Below, in pieces: positions 51,170-64,000 of a stretch of 64,000 nucleotides of DNA. The position numbers were made by a program, and so were the translations under genes. The stretch's first letter is position 1, and each line of letters opens with the position of its first letter. The DNA comes from Felis catus. Taxonomy: Eukaryota. The notes beneath the pieces are model-generated. The model saw only the letters and a program-made list of their open reading frames with translations. It was not told where the DNA came from and searched no databases. Where the stretch lies: positions 125,304,001 through 125,368,000 of the forward strand of contig NC_058368.1 in the NCBI RefSeq assembly GCF_018350175.1. The letters are read 5' to 3'.

Positions 51170-51398
51170 TTGCTGTCAGTCTGTAAAAGCTCAGCTCCGA
51201 AGGTCGGACCAACTAGGGTTGGGTCCTGGCCCTGTTGTTGACCATCTGTGACCCTATGTTGGTTAAACTCTTAGACTCAGTTTCCTCATTTCTGAAATGG
51301 AGAGAATAATGGTCTTACTTTCTAGGTTTGTGTCAGCATTAAATGAGACGATCCATGTGCCTGACACATATTAGTACTCAGTAAATTTTAGCTGTCAT
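51170..51398 (+). mobile_element. MIR
   Basis: ctcagtttcctcatttctgaaatggagagaataat...attaaatgaga. Confidence 0.8.
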
Positions 51399-51619
51399 GA
51401 TACTAATATGAAACATGGAACCATAGCATTTATTATCAACATTACCACAATCCCTGGATATAGGGCCATATCCTTGGGCTTGCACCTCAGTCTAGGTGGT
51501 GGACTCCTCTACCCAGTCCCGGGCAGAGCAATTCTTGCCTCTTGAGGCAAGCACTCACTTGGTCAGAGTGCTGTTTGTGAGTGCACAAATCCACCAATTA
51601 TCCCTGCCTACTCTACATC

Positions 51620-52974
51620 TTTGTCTGAATCTCCCACAGGGTCTGTATACTCACATGTCCAAAGGTGAGCATCCACCTTCCCTCCCAGGCTGACCTCTTC
51701 CACACTTCCTTTCTTAGCAAAAGGCACCACCATCTTTCCAGTTGTACAAAACAAGAAACCTGAAAGTCATCCTTCATCCTGACACCACCTTACCCTTTAA
51801 CCCTCGTACTGAATCTGTCACCAAGGCTGGTAAACTTAACTTTAAAAATTTCTCCAGCCCATCTGTTTCTCTCATCTTTACTGCCACCACAATAATTCAG
51901 GCTATACTATTATTATTTTTTAATAACCTGGGCCATGTTGGTCGTCCCCCTAACTGTTTTTCTGATTCCCCATGTGCCCTCTTCAATGCATTCTCTCCAT
52001 GTCAGACAGAATAATTCAAACACAAATTTGGTGAGAGGACCATCCTCCCCTTTCCATTTATTCCAGGATATTGTTCTTAGCATTTATTTTACTTGACATT
52101 CTTGACAAGTATATTACTTGACATTATATTGCACAGTTTTTGCTTGATTTCTGGCTGCCCCCTGGATTATGAGCTTCATGAAGGCAGGAACTTTGTGTTT
52201 ATTGTAGATGAGTCCCCGACTCATGGGAGACATTCGACTCTTCAGTGAATAACCTCACCCCCTTCCAAGGTCTTTCCATTGCTCTCAGTTAAGGAACAGA
52301 TCTGTAGCATGGCCCACCAGGGCCTGTGGACTCTGGCCCTTAAAATCTCTCTGGTTTTAGCTCCCACTCATCCCCTCAACCTTGAGCATTGAGGAAAAGC
52401 CACTTTCACCTTTCCTGAACAGGTCAGGCTACTGTCTGCTTCAGGCCCTTTGCACATGCTGTTCATTCTGCAAGGATCCTCTTTCTTCACCTAGCTGACA
52501 ACTTCACCTCAGTTACATCTTCTCTCTGGAAGGATATCTATACTAGCCTCCCCAGACTAGGTTAGGTTTCCTTGTTCTGCTATTGACCCTGTAATTGTCT
52601 TCGTAGCATTTATCACAGTGTGCAATTCTATACCCATTTAAGGGGTTATTTGATTCATATTTCTGGTCTAGTAGACCAAAGATCTGCAAACTTTGTTCAC
52701 AGACCATATCTGGGCCTGCACCTGTTTTGTACAACCTGAAGATATTGTCACAGTTGTTTATTTATGTGTTGTCTGTGGATGCCTACATGCTAGAATGGAG
52801 AGTATGTGACCTCATCGACTGAAAATCTAAAATATTTACTATCTGGCTCCTTAAAGAAAAGTTTTGGTGACCCTTCTCTAGACTATAAACTCTACAAGGG
52901 CAGGGGCCATGTTTGTCTTCTATATTAGAGCTCATTGTAAGTATTCAATAATTATTAATTGAATGAATGAATGA
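51620..52974 (+). mobile_element. L2 3' region with nested elements
   Basis: caccaccatctttccagttgtac..aagaaacctgaaagtcatcct...gccctttgcacatgctgtt...(tgaa)n tail. Confidence 0.78.
52675..52878. mobile_element. MER58-type hAT inside L2
   Basis: gcaaact...aaaatctaaaatatttactatctggctccttaaagaaaagttt..gaccc. Confidence 0.75.
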
Positions 52975-53054
52975 TTTCAAGTAGCTAATATTCCTTTCTC
53001 CTACCACCTCTATAGAAGGTAATAAGTCTCCATTTTGGTCTCCATTCCTAGACT

Positions 53055-53479
53055 TTTATTTTATTTTATTTTTTAGAGTTTATTTATTTTTGAGAGAAAG
53101 AGAGAGTGCAAGCAGGGGAGGGGCAGAGAGAGAGGGAGAAAGAGAGAATCCCAAACAGGCTCCATACAGTCAGGGCAAGATTCCGTGAACTGCAAGATCA
53201 GGACCTGAGCTGAAATCAAGAGCTAGAAGGGGGTGCCTGGGTGGCTCAGTCCGTTGAGCGTCCGACTTCGGCTCAGGTCATGATCTCATGGTTCATGGGT
53301 TTGAGCCCCGCATCGGGCTCTATGCTGACAGCTTAGAGCCTGGAGCCTGCTTCGGATTCTGTGTCTCCCTCTCTCTCTGACCCTCTCCTGCTCACACTCT
53401 GTGTCTCTCCCCAAAATAAATAAACATTAAAAAAAAAAAAGGACCGGAAGCCTAACCAACAGAGCCAACGGGATGCCCC
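53055..53479 (-). mobile_element. Outer CanSINE, interrupted in its tRNA-like head
   Basis: TSD tccattc(c/t)tagactttt; head resumes at about 53441 (gaagcctaaccaacagagccaa..gatgcccc). Confidence 0.9.
53229..53440 (+). mobile_element. Inner CanSINE (SINEC_Fc), opposite orientation
   Basis: Complete element with A tail nested in the outer SINE. Confidence 0.95.
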
Positions 53480-54433
53480 TCCATTCTTAGACTTTTAATT
53501 GACTTGAACTAGTAGTTGCACAGAGGAAAGTTATGACTCTCATGCATTCATTATGATTAGTATTTGTTAAGTGTGTTGAATTGGATGTATGCATATTATA
53601 CAGTGGCAAGTGGAATGGTTGTATAAGCAGAACTGAGAACGCCATTTATTTGTGGAGATCAATCAAAGACAATAGAATTAATACCTATTGTCCTTTATTT
53701 ATAATGGAAGCATCAAGTAAGTCTAATAAAAATGTTTTAGGTGGAGTAGAAGTGCATATTTGGAATGAAAAGAAAAGGAAAGAAAAGAATACATTGTCTG
53801 AATGTTTAACATTCTGTTCCATTAGTTCTTCCTTCCTCATCTTGCTTTGGGATTCTGAACTCCTCATTAATAGCCCGGGGCTACAGAAAACACTTTTTAT
53901 TGGAAAATAAAGTATCCATTGGCTGAAATTTTGATAGATGTTTGGGTCAACTTAATGGTTTTTCTTTTCTCTTTTCTTCCTCTCTCCCTCCTTTCCTTCT
54001 TCCAGAAAGCAGTAGTATGTAATAAGGTCTACTGGGCTGATTTCCTGGGATTAGATAGAGTAGTGTATTTTACCAATTAGGAGTTGGTTGGCTACAAATA
54101 ACATGATATCCTTGTTCAAGCTGGGTTCCATCAATGAAGAAATGTATTATGTCACAAAAATCAAGTTCAGAGGTGAGGCAGTTCTAGGTGTGAGGCGTTT
54201 GTTCATTTAACAAATATATATTCTGTGTGCCAGGCATTGTTCTAGGTATGAGCAATATGGCAATAAATAAAACTGACAAAAATCCCTACCCTCTCAGAGA
54301 TACACTCTAGTGGGGTCAGGGAAGATCATTGTAGGGCCATAGTTGGCCTTTCTGAGACTTTGGATTTTACTCTGAGCAGTATTGAGAGTCATGGAAGGAT
54401 TTTGAGGAGATGAGTGACTTAAATTGATATAGG

Positions 54434-54494
54434 TTTTTAAAATGTTTATTTATTTATTTTGAGAGAGCAAGAGAGAGAACTCAAACAGGGGAGG

Positions 54495-54536
<42 letters not shown>

Positions 54537-54670
54537 CAGAGAATCCCAAGCAGCCTTTGTGCTGCCGGTGAGGAGCTCACTGTGGGGCTTGAGCCCATGA
54601 ACCATGAGATCATGACCTGAGCCCAAACCAAGAGTCTGGCACTTAGCTGACTGAGCCACCCAGGAGCCCC
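54434..54670 (-). mobile_element. CanSINE within an L2 remnant (about 54200-54850)
   Basis: Reverse SINE with (GA)n; TSD aaa(t/c)tgat. Confidence 0.93.
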
Positions 54671-55052
54671 AAACTGATTTAAATATTTAAGAGGATATCA
54701 CTGGCTGTTGTGTTGAGGATAGTTTGTAGGGACAAATTCATAAGGGTAGAAGCAGGGAAATCAGGAGGCTACCACAGTAATTCAGACTTTGGACCAGGGT
54801 AGTAGTGGTGGAAACATTAAGAAGTGATTGGAGTCTGTATACCTCAGGATGAAATATAGTGAAATTTCAAGAGCTAGAGATGATACTACTGTTCTGGTGG
54901 TTGTGAAATGTGCCTGAAAAAAATGTTTGGCAACAGAAATATTTGTAGGCATAGAGTGGTTTTCATTAAAATAGTAATAGCAGCAATAGTAACAAACAGA
55001 AAGATAAATAAAAAAAAAGAGACTCAGATTCTATAGACCTCTGAAGAGCATT

Positions 55053-55260
55053 TGTGTCAGTTATTAATTTATTACTAACCTCTTAATTCCATCTCTATCC
55101 TTCGTTACTTGCTCTGAGATGATGGATCTGGACCCTTTAAACATTCTTCTTTGCAGCAAGAACAGTGATGTTGATAGAAGGCACTGGTAAGGCGTTAGAG
55201 GAGGAAGGGAGCTATTCTTGCTGGCTCCAGTACGTTCAACTCATCAGTCTTCCATATTGA
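55053..55260 (+). mobile_element. LTR41-like ERVL LTR fragment
   Basis: tgtgtcagttattaatttatt...ctggaccctttaaacatt. Confidence 0.6.
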
Positions 55261-55667
55261 CATGGCTGATGAGTATGCATTCTGTGTGCCTGTAATGGCA
55301 TTTTGCCAAGTTTACCTGACATAGATTCTAGGCAGAGTGGTAAATGATGAATCAGTATACATTCTACTTCCGTGATCAGAATATGCCACATAACAATACT
55401 GCCACTGTCACATTCAGTGCAGTCATGAAGATGGTCTGGATGCTGTTATCCACTAACCCACATCAGATGGTCTCAGTTTTTCCTCTGTTCAAGATGAATG
55501 CCATGTTTTTTTGCTCTGCTCTTCTCTCAGAACCAACAAAGGGCAACTGAACAGGGCTTAGAAATAGCATCGATTGTCCCATACCTAGAAGTGGAAGGGC
55601 TAGCCACTTCACACTCCCTGAAACACAAGTGACCCACATTTCCCTCTTCTCTGTGTCTTTTTTGTGA

Positions 55668-55682
55668 ATTTTATTTATTTAT

Positions 55683-55738
<56 letters not shown>

Positions 55739-55912
55739 GAAGCGTGAGTGTGAGTGGGGGAGGGGAAGAGAGTGAGGAAGAGAGAGAATCCCAAGCAGGT
55801 TCCATGCTCCATATTGAGCCCAACATGGGGCTTGATCTCATGACTGTGAGAATATGACCTGAGCTGAAATCAAGAGTCCTCCACTTAACTGACAAAGCCA
55901 CCCAGGCATCCC
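55668..55912 (-). mobile_element. CanSINE with (GA)n
   Basis: TSD tgtgaat. Confidence 0.94.
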
Positions 55913-56489
55913 TGTGAATGTCCCTTTTTAATGTTTCTCTGAGATACTCTCACCCCACTCCATTCCTGGTTTTGCTGCGTAGGTCCCTTTGCTGTGTGCC
56001 ACAGAAAGTTGACAATAGGTCATTTAATGCCTTGGTGCTACGTGTCTCAGGGATAGGTCCCATTCTGTTGTTCATTTCTGCTTATCAGCTGCAATTCTCG
56101 ACATGATCCATGTCTCTATCTGATGCTATCACTATGTTTGTAACATACTTCCAAAGTTATACTCTTGCCCTGTCCTAGATCAGATGTCACTGGTTCTCTG
56201 TGTACACCTGGGATTGGCCCTGCCTCTCTTGAGTCTGGTCTCTGATTATGCATCCTTGCCTGGAATTCAGTACGTTTTGTCCCCCTTTTTGCTCTGATTA
56301 TCTTCCTACCAGCTCTCTGCCTCCAATTCAATACCTCCTTTGCTTCCTCAGGCTGAGTATCCAGTGCCACTGCCTGGAAGCAAAGAATTGACCCTGATTT
56401 GGTCTAATTACATTAATTGTGAATCTAGAGCCTAATAAGAAACCATCTGGGGTTTATTGCATCCCATTTATATATGGGAATATATCATA

Positions 56490-56618
56490 TACCAAGATAT
56501 CAACAGTGGTTATCTATGGATGATGTGATTGTGAGTTTTAAAAATTCTCTTCTCTTTTATGTTAGGCTTTCTATGATGAATATACATTACTTTTGTTGTA
56601 AGAAAAAGAACAAAGTTA
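56490..56618 (+). mobile_element. L1MC/ME 3' end; its A-rich tail is the target of the retrocopy
   Basis: aacagtggttatct...tttctatgatgaatatacattacttttg..aagaaaaa. Confidence 0.65.
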
Positions 56619-57048
<430 letters not shown>

Positions 57049-57151
57049 AACTGTCTCCAAGGTCCCTTAGGGCAACCTGTACAATCAACAGGCTGCATAC
57101 ACTACCAAGGAGGCTGCTGTTTGCAGCCATTGCACACTGGGCCCCATGGAG
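57049..57151 (-). ncRNA. SNORA70: 5'-truncated copy of H/ACA snoRNA SNORA70 (U70); probably non-functional
   Basis: Minus strand catggggcccagtgtgcaatggctgcaaACAGCAgcctccttggtagtgtatgcagcctgttgattgtacaggttgccctaagggaccttggagACAgtt matches recalled U70. H box at 57120-57115, ACA at 57054-57052. About 30 nt are missing from the 5' end. Confidence 0.9.
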
Positions 57152-57859
57152 AAGAAAAAAGTTACTTTTAATTTAAAAATGTATACAACCCTTCATCTTC
57201 ACAACTGAAAACAATGGCATGCCTTCCTGGTTTTTAATATTAAAATTTCCATAAGAGAAATAATTCAGAGATAACCTCATTTAGCTGTGATTTGGGGAGG
57301 GAAAACTCAGACTCTCCAAAGGAGGTAAATCTTATTTTTATCATTTTCCCCTGCTTATTTTCATTGCTACATGCACATCTCCAGGGAGAAGTCATTTGAA
57401 CATTTGAACTTCCTGAACACATCCTAGTTAGAATAAATATCTGTAGTTGTTAGAGGTACCTCAGGGGCCTGGTGTTACTGAAATTTGAATATATCCTCCA
57501 TTTTGGAAGACAGGTCTATAATAAGGACATGTCTATTGTTGTTTTGGGACCTCATTTGCAAGACTTTCCTTTCAGACCTACAGTTTGGACAGGGTTCACG
57601 TGCCAAGGTGTACGATGAAAAATAACCAGACCCAAAATAAACCAGGCAACAGGACAAGTTTTGAATTTTAATGCATATTAATAGTGTTACTCCATCTTGG
57701 GGCTGCATTCCAAAGAGAGATTGAAAAATAAAGGTAGGTATTTGGAGGTATATTTTACTGGGTGACATTGTATGGTGCAATAAAAGCTGACAACTGCTGT
57801 GTTGGACAACGACTACTTAGGGGCTCACTTACCATTCGTTTATTTTTGAATCCATGAAC

Positions 57860-58105
57860 TGTAGGGGTTAAGAACATAAACTCTGAAGCCAAACCATGTG
57901 AGTTTGACTCTGCTGCTCACCAGATGAGTGACTTTGGGGAGCTACTTACTCTATATGTGGCTCAGTTTCTTCACCTATAAAATAGAGATAGTAGAATCTC
58001 AGAGTTGTTGTGAAGATTAAATAAATTAATAGGTGCCAAACATTTGCATTTAGAATAGTCCTTGGCACATAGTACGTGCTGTAGGAGGGTGAGCTGCTCT
58101 TGTTG
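57860..58105 (+). mobile_element. MIR
   Basis: ctcagtttcttcacctataaaata...gttgttgtgaagattaaa...ttggcacatagta. Confidence 0.8.
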
Positions 58106-58134
58106 TTTTCATTCTTTGGGGCACTGGGTAGACG

Positions 58135-58540
58135 AGGAATTGTTGAGATTGCGGTATGGCAGACATTCTTGTGTGGTTAAATCAACAATCCTTCTCAATC
58201 CTTCTTCTCTTACCCTTTTCACCAGAAAGGCAAGAAAAGCTAACATTTGCTCTTGCAGTCGACCTTGCAGTGAGGGATGGTCGTACACACAGCTCTACCT
58301 AGGAGACATCAGTGAAATTCTATGGCACAATTGTTTGGGATGCTTTTGCTTTCCCTATAAAAGGGACAGTTGCATGTGTCACTGCTCACCCTTCTTACTC
58401 TTGCTTGGATCATGTGATATTTGCCACTTTAGCAGGAATTTATCACCCACAAGATAACAAACAACTAGAAACCAAAAGAATCTCAGAGATACCAGCTCTA
58501 ATATCCAGAAGCCTGATGTACATTAAATTTGATAGGCCCT
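58135..58540 (+). mobile_element. Old MLT1-like LTR remnant
   Basis: ggcagacatt...cttgcagtgagggatggtc...ttttgctttccctataaaagggacag. Confidence 0.45.
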
Positions 58541-59296
58541 GTTCTCAGGTATTCATTTTTGTTGGACACTCATGGAGCATTTAAGTGTTAGGAGCTTTAT
58601 TAGGCACTGTGGATACAAAGGTGGGTAAAACAACAACTTTTCCCTGGAGGGGGTTACATTCTGGTAGTAATTTCAGTACAAGGTTGCTTGCAAAAATGTT
58701 AGCAAAGCAGGAGGCTGGTCTGGGAGATGTACAAACTCTACCTGGTTAGGAAGGATATTTCAGTCCTGTAGTTCCAATAAAATGGATGGTTTTACCCTGC
58801 TAACTTGACTCTGTGGATGTTCCCTCTCTCTATTTGTGAATGTAACATTTAAAATAGTGTCATCTCCACTTTGATAAAATTGACAGCATATCGTATGGAG
58901 CTAGTTCCATAAAGCCAACTTAATACCTCCATCAATTTTCCAGATAGTTAAAGTAATCCATTACTATCTATTTTTGTTATTATTTTACCAAAATTATTTT
59001 CCTTCAGAGAAATTCTTTTGCGTGGAAAATTCACAAGGACAGTTTGCCAGCTTATAGTTGTGTAGTTGTTGTATTATATTTTGTGGTAACTATGTCAACC
59101 AGGCCTAATTTACTCAGTGAAATATTGCAGATTCACATTTAGTCAAGAAGGGTTGATTTGTCTGTCAAACTTAATTTTTACCATGTCATATTTTAGTTGC
59201 GGTTAGTTTCATATGATTTTGATTATTTTTCATAGGATAATTTTAGGTTTACAGCAAAATGTAATTCTTAAATAAGGTTTAAAAAAATCTTTTAAG

Positions 59297-59504
59297 GCTT
59301 CCGCTTATGGGATGAATATGTCACAGGAATAAAAGGTACAGCATAGGGAATATAGTCAATGATATTGTAAAAGTGATATATGATGACCGATGGTAGCTAC
59401 ACTGTGGTGAGCGTAGTGTAATACAGAGAGAAGCTGAACCACTATGTCGTACATCTAAAACTAATAAAATATTGTGTGTCAACTATACCTAAGTAAAAAA
59501 AAAA
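59297..59504 (+). mobile_element. L1 (Carn/MA) 3' end
   Basis: gtacagcatagggaatatagtcaat...tgtgtgtcaactatac..A tail; TSD aaaaatct(t/g)tta. Confidence 0.88.
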
Positions 59505-60860
59505 TCTGTTAGAAGTTTACCACATACATTTTTTACTTTGTCACTATTTTAAGTTGATTATTTCCACCTGTTTCTATTCAATTTGAGTTAAATATTTCTA
59601 ATATTTACTATAAAATTAAAAAAGCGTTATTTAGTTTTCTAAGCTCATTCGTGAGAAAATTGGACCAATATATCTCAGCTATTCCAGGGTGAAATTTTAG
59701 GCAGTCCCTGGGAAGAAATAGAAGGAAGCCCCACTGAGGAAAATGCTGAAGTGCAGGGTAAGAGGATTATCAATAGAGCACCACAAATGAGGAAAAGTGA
59801 AGAACAGGACCAAGGGCACAGATGGAAAGCTCACTTTGAACTAGAAGGCAGGAGTAAAGGTTGGTGCATACGTTACTTTTCCCAGTAGAATAGGAGGCTA
59901 ACTAAGTTCTCTGCTGAGTAGCAAGGATAGTTGAGGACTGGGTTATGTAGTGGGGTATGGAAATGATTAATTTGTCTTGGCCTGCAGGCTTTTCCATCTC
60001 CTTTCTGGTAATAACACTCTCCTTCATTTGAGATTTGGCATGGAATCCAGACTGAGTCATCAACTGAAATGAGGGGAGCCTTGTGTCAGTCTAAGTGAAC
60101 ACAGTCGGAAGGTCAGTTTGAGTCACATTAAATTTAAGGATGTCTTTACACAACCAAAAGGAAATATTAAGTAGAGAACTGGATATATAAGTAGACATGT
60201 GGATGTATAAGTTCAGAGCTCAGAGGAAAAGGTAGGCATCATCTGAGTAGATGGCATCCAATGACAGAACTGGATGGATCAGAGATCATGTAGATAATGA
60301 GTCTCCATGAATTGGAAAGGAGGCCAAATAAGGAGTCCTGGAGCATCATTTAGCTCTACAAGGTGGGCTGGAAGAGGAGGAAAAGGTCTGAGCTAGGAAG
60401 AAAGCTGGAGAGCATGGATTTGATGAAAAGCATGTTAAAAAAATTAAAAAGGTGGGAGGGCTTCACTGTGCAAATGATGCTACATGTCATGAAAATTGAG
60501 GACTGCGCTGACATTGGATCTGGCATGGTGAAGGTTTTCGGCTTTGACAAGAGCAGTTTTAGTGGAGAGTAGAGATTAAAAGTCACATTAGACTTGGCTG
60601 AAAGAGACAGAGTGGGTCGAAGAAGAGGAGAGGAAGTGTAAGTAATCTTGCAGGGAGCAGAGAAATGGAGTAATAGTTGGATGATGGATGTGGGGTTAGG
60701 GGAACGTTTTGGTTTTGTTTTGCTTTTTGTATTGTTTTGCTTTTTAATAAGAAATATTACATCACACATATATGCTGGTGGAATGACAGACAGGGACACA
60801 TCATATCCACTGTTGCATCCAACTGTGCCATCCATTCATCCTCCCATCATTTCCAAATTG

Positions 60861-61288
60861 TGAAAATAAACAAAGACCACTCAAATGAGAACAAGAAAAG
60901 CCTATTTATTTAGAGCTTGCTTTGGTGAAGGAGTCAGCCATCATCACTTTTGCTTGCCAGAGACTCAAGGACAGTCAGAGCAGTGGGAAGGCTTTATATT
61001 GGAAAATGTAAAGGCTTCAGGTATGTCCTAATTGGAGGTTGTTGTTATGGGACATCCTGTGTGATTGGTTGGGGAGCCATACTTCACTTTGTCTCGTTGG
61101 TCCTAAGTTGGAAGCAGGGTCAAAAATTAGAAAAGCGGGAAGTTACTGACCAAATCTTGAATATTTTGAGCCAATGGCCATGAGGGTTGTTGTTTGACTT
61201 CCTGGGGTGGTTGCTACAGAGATTGTGGATAAGAGTTCTCTTTTCATATATAGTCTGGCCATTGTCTGTTTCTATATTCAGTTTCTCA
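60861..61288 (-). mobile_element. ERV-type solo LTR (family uncertain)
   Basis: TG...CA termini (tgaaaa...tttctca); on the minus strand CCAAT-like boxes, then TATAAA, then AATAAA. Confidence 0.55.
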
Positions 61289-61477
61289 AAACCTCTATAT
61301 TCTCTTTTTGCTTAAGCTAATTTGCACTGGATATCTGTTGTTTGTGATTGAAGGACTCCTGACCACTATGGTAAGGGAGTTTGGGGGCAATTTGAAAACG
61401 ACATTGGAGGTTGGAGGGCTGGGTGGGTAAGCAAAACAAACCCCAGAGATGATAATCACCATTTTTAACATCTACTT

Positions 61478-61700
61478 TCTTTAAAAAATTGTTTTAATGT
61501 TTATTTATTTTTGAGAGAAAGAATGAGTCAGAACACAAATTGGGGAGGGGCAGACAGGGAAGGAGACACAGAATCTGAAGCAGGCTCCAGGCTCTGAGCT
61601 GTCAGCACAGAACTGGATGTGGGGCTCAAACTCACTGATGGTGAGATCAAGACCTGAGCTGAAGTCCGACACTTAACTGACTGAGCCACCCAGGCGCCCC
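61478..61700 (-). mobile_element. CanSINE (SINEC_Fc)
   Basis: TSD cat(ct/ca)actttc. Confidence 0.95.
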
Positions 61701-61719
61701 TTGAGCATCAACTTTCTAT

Positions 61720-61900
61720 CAGGATCCTACATATATCGGTTCATTTAATCCTCAATAACCCTGTGATATAGGGTTATTTTCTGTCTTTTTCAGATGGGGA
61801 AATAGCCTCACAGTAGGCAAGTAAGTTGCTTCAAGTTAGGAAGTGGAAGAGCCAAGGATTCACACTTGAGTCCTCTGTTCTGAGGTGCAGGGTTTCTGCT
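61720..61900 (-). mobile_element. MIR
   Basis: tcatttaatcctcaataaccctgtga...ttttcagatggggaaa. Confidence 0.7.
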
Positions 61901-62751
61901 CTCAGGTTATGCTACTTTGGATCAAATAGAAAATGGATTTTCTTCCTTCCAGGTCACCAGCTGGTGACTCTATACCATTACTCAGAAAAATACCTATGGA
62001 TTGTCTGCATGTTTCCTTTATCATATTTAAAGAATTCCTAGCAATGTGTGTTAACACATCCTTTATGGCTGATTTATTGGTAGATGTCTATTTTGTGACC
62101 TGACTTTATAAAGAGCAGCTGTGATATGCATGAACACTTAATTTTGAATCCTTGACCAAAGTTTTCTCTCTTTCTTATCTTACTTCTTGAAACTCATACA
62201 GCGTTCAAGATGATTTATTGATGCTAACAATGATTATGATGGGCAATTCTGCCATGCAAATTGATCTATAAATTTCACATTGTATGGTCCAAGAGACATC
62301 ATGTCTTGATGATAGTGGGTATGTGTTAAAATAAATGCACAAACAGTAAGAAAGAAATTATCAGTGTATTATTGAAGGAGCATTTGGTGAGAAAGTTATT
62401 TTCCAACATGAGGAAGAAAGTCTATCCCTTAGGAGAGCTGTGGGACAGGGAGGGAAATAGTCTTTATGAGGGTGGAAGGGTTCGTTAGAACTAAATAGAA
62501 ACTGACTGGCATGATTTGAGAACTCTGTTCTCCACTCAGATCAAATCACATTGCTTTAGCCAAGAAAGACCATGTATTTATTTTGTTTTGTTTCATACAT
62601 TCATGTAATCTCCATGGATGATTAGGCAATTTCACTGTCTTCTGGATGTTGATAGAATTAAAACAAGCTCATCTTTCCTCTTCTGTAAGATTCTTGGTTA
62701 GAATTCTTGATTTTCTCTTGTTCCCTCTCCCCCTCCTTTAAAAATCTTTCA

Positions 62752-62970
62752 GGGGCGCCTGGGTGGCGCAGTCGGTTAAGCGTCCGACTTCAGCCAGGTC
62801 ACGATCTCCCCGTCGGTGAGTTCGAGCCCCGCGTCGGGCTCTGGGCTGATGGCTCAGAGCCTGGAGCCTGTTTCCGATTCTGTGTCTCCCTCTCTCTCTG
62901 TCCCTCCCCCGTTCATGCTCTGTCTCTCTCTGTCCCAAAAATAAATAAACGTTGAAAAAAAATTTTTTTT
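62752..62970 (+). mobile_element. Young, CpG-rich felid SINEC_Fc
   Basis: ggggcgcctgggtggcgcagtcggttaagcgtccgacttcagccaggtcacg...; perfect TSD taaaaatctttc. Confidence 0.97.
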
Positions 62971-63709
62971 TAAAAATCTTTCTCCCTTAGAAACTTTTGG
63001 TAAAGATGACATGTTTATTATGTGTAGGTAATAAAAATTATTGATATCCCTAACGAGGCACTCTTAGTCTTCAAGTCATAGAGAAGTTTTTCTTTTAGCA
63101 TTTGTATGATTTGATATACTTTACCTAGTTTTGCATACTAATACATTCCAGGAAAAGAAGGAAAGATCCACTTGGAGAGATTACAATGATCCCCAGGGCT
63201 GGTTCAAATCCTTAGACCTGTGAATTTGTTGTAGTCTCTCACGTGTGAATTTGGTTAACACCTCATTAATTTATTAAAGCCATAGAACAAAAAGCTGGAT
63301 AAAATAATGGCTGTGTTTCCAGAATAATTTTCCACAGATGGCTGGCTGAGTCTAGTAAACAAAACAAAACAAAACAAAAATCAAAGGTGTCATTTGGCCT
63401 GTTGTTGATGGTTGCCTCTAAAACTTCTTATTCCCCTTTTGGAATTTGGCCTTGGAAATGGGCCAATGAATCAGCCAACCTTCTTGCAATAATTAGTATT
63501 GATTTCAGTTAGACCCAGGAATCTTCACTGGATTTTATCTACTCAAAGTCACAGCAGCTTTTTTAGAGGAGATTTTACCTGGTGTCCATATGGGTAGATG
63601 TTCTTCAAGACAATGACATGTAAGCTTTAATGTGCAAAAATCTTTTGATGTAAAGGATGAATATCAACATTTTTCTTGAAGTGAGCAATGGTGGGCTTGC
63701 TTTAAAAAT

Positions 63710-64000
63710 GAAGAAAAATTTTCATACATATAAATTAATATTGATAATATCAAGAATAGCTAAATAACATCTGCGTAGTCACCATTTACCTTAAAAACTA
63801 GAACATTCCCTGTAAATTTTAACACTTGTCATATAAATCTCTCTCCTAATCTTATTTCCTTTTTGCCCCATGTACTCTCCTTCTCCATGAAACCACCATC
63901 TCGAATTGTGTGTTTATCATTCATTGATTTTTAAAGTATTTTTCCGTATTTGTATTACCCATAAACAATACATTATTTAGTTTTGCATTTAAAAATTTCA
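63710..64000 (-). mobile_element. Ancient L1M fragment
   Basis: aaactagaacatt...aaccaccatctcgaattgtgtgtttatcatt...tttagttttgcat. Confidence 0.6.

Overview
This is mammalian genomic DNA from a cat-family (feliform) carnivore, judged from about 35 tRNA-derived CanSINE/SINEC_Fc elements and felid-type L1 ends. It looks intronic or intergenic. I found no intact protein-coding gene and no prokaryote-type system; nearly all ORF-track entries come from repeats or are noise. Much of the window is interspersed repeats (SINEC, L1, L2, MIR, MaLR/ERV LTRs, MER DNA transposons). Four things stand out. (1) A TSD-flanked, polyadenylated chimeric retrocopy at 56619-57151 (-) joins a 5'-truncated H/ACA snoRNA SNORA70, the rest of its host intron with the 3' splice site, and the spliced last exons and 3'UTR of RPL10. 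It is a fossil of a partly processed snoRNA-host RNA. (2) A 297-bp, 100% identical inverted duplication (23185-23481 / 27768-28064) brackets 4.3 kb. An old LTR appears split across it, as expected for a recent inversion with staggered breaks, though a misassembly is possible. (3) A decayed PLP2 processed pseudogene on the minus strand (about 5032-5720) is missed by the ORF track. (4) An atypical L1 at 905-3480 is 5'-intact, 3'-truncated and internally deleted. Repeat family names and parent-gene comparisons are from memory of consensus sequences, not a search, and boundaries of old repeats are approximate.
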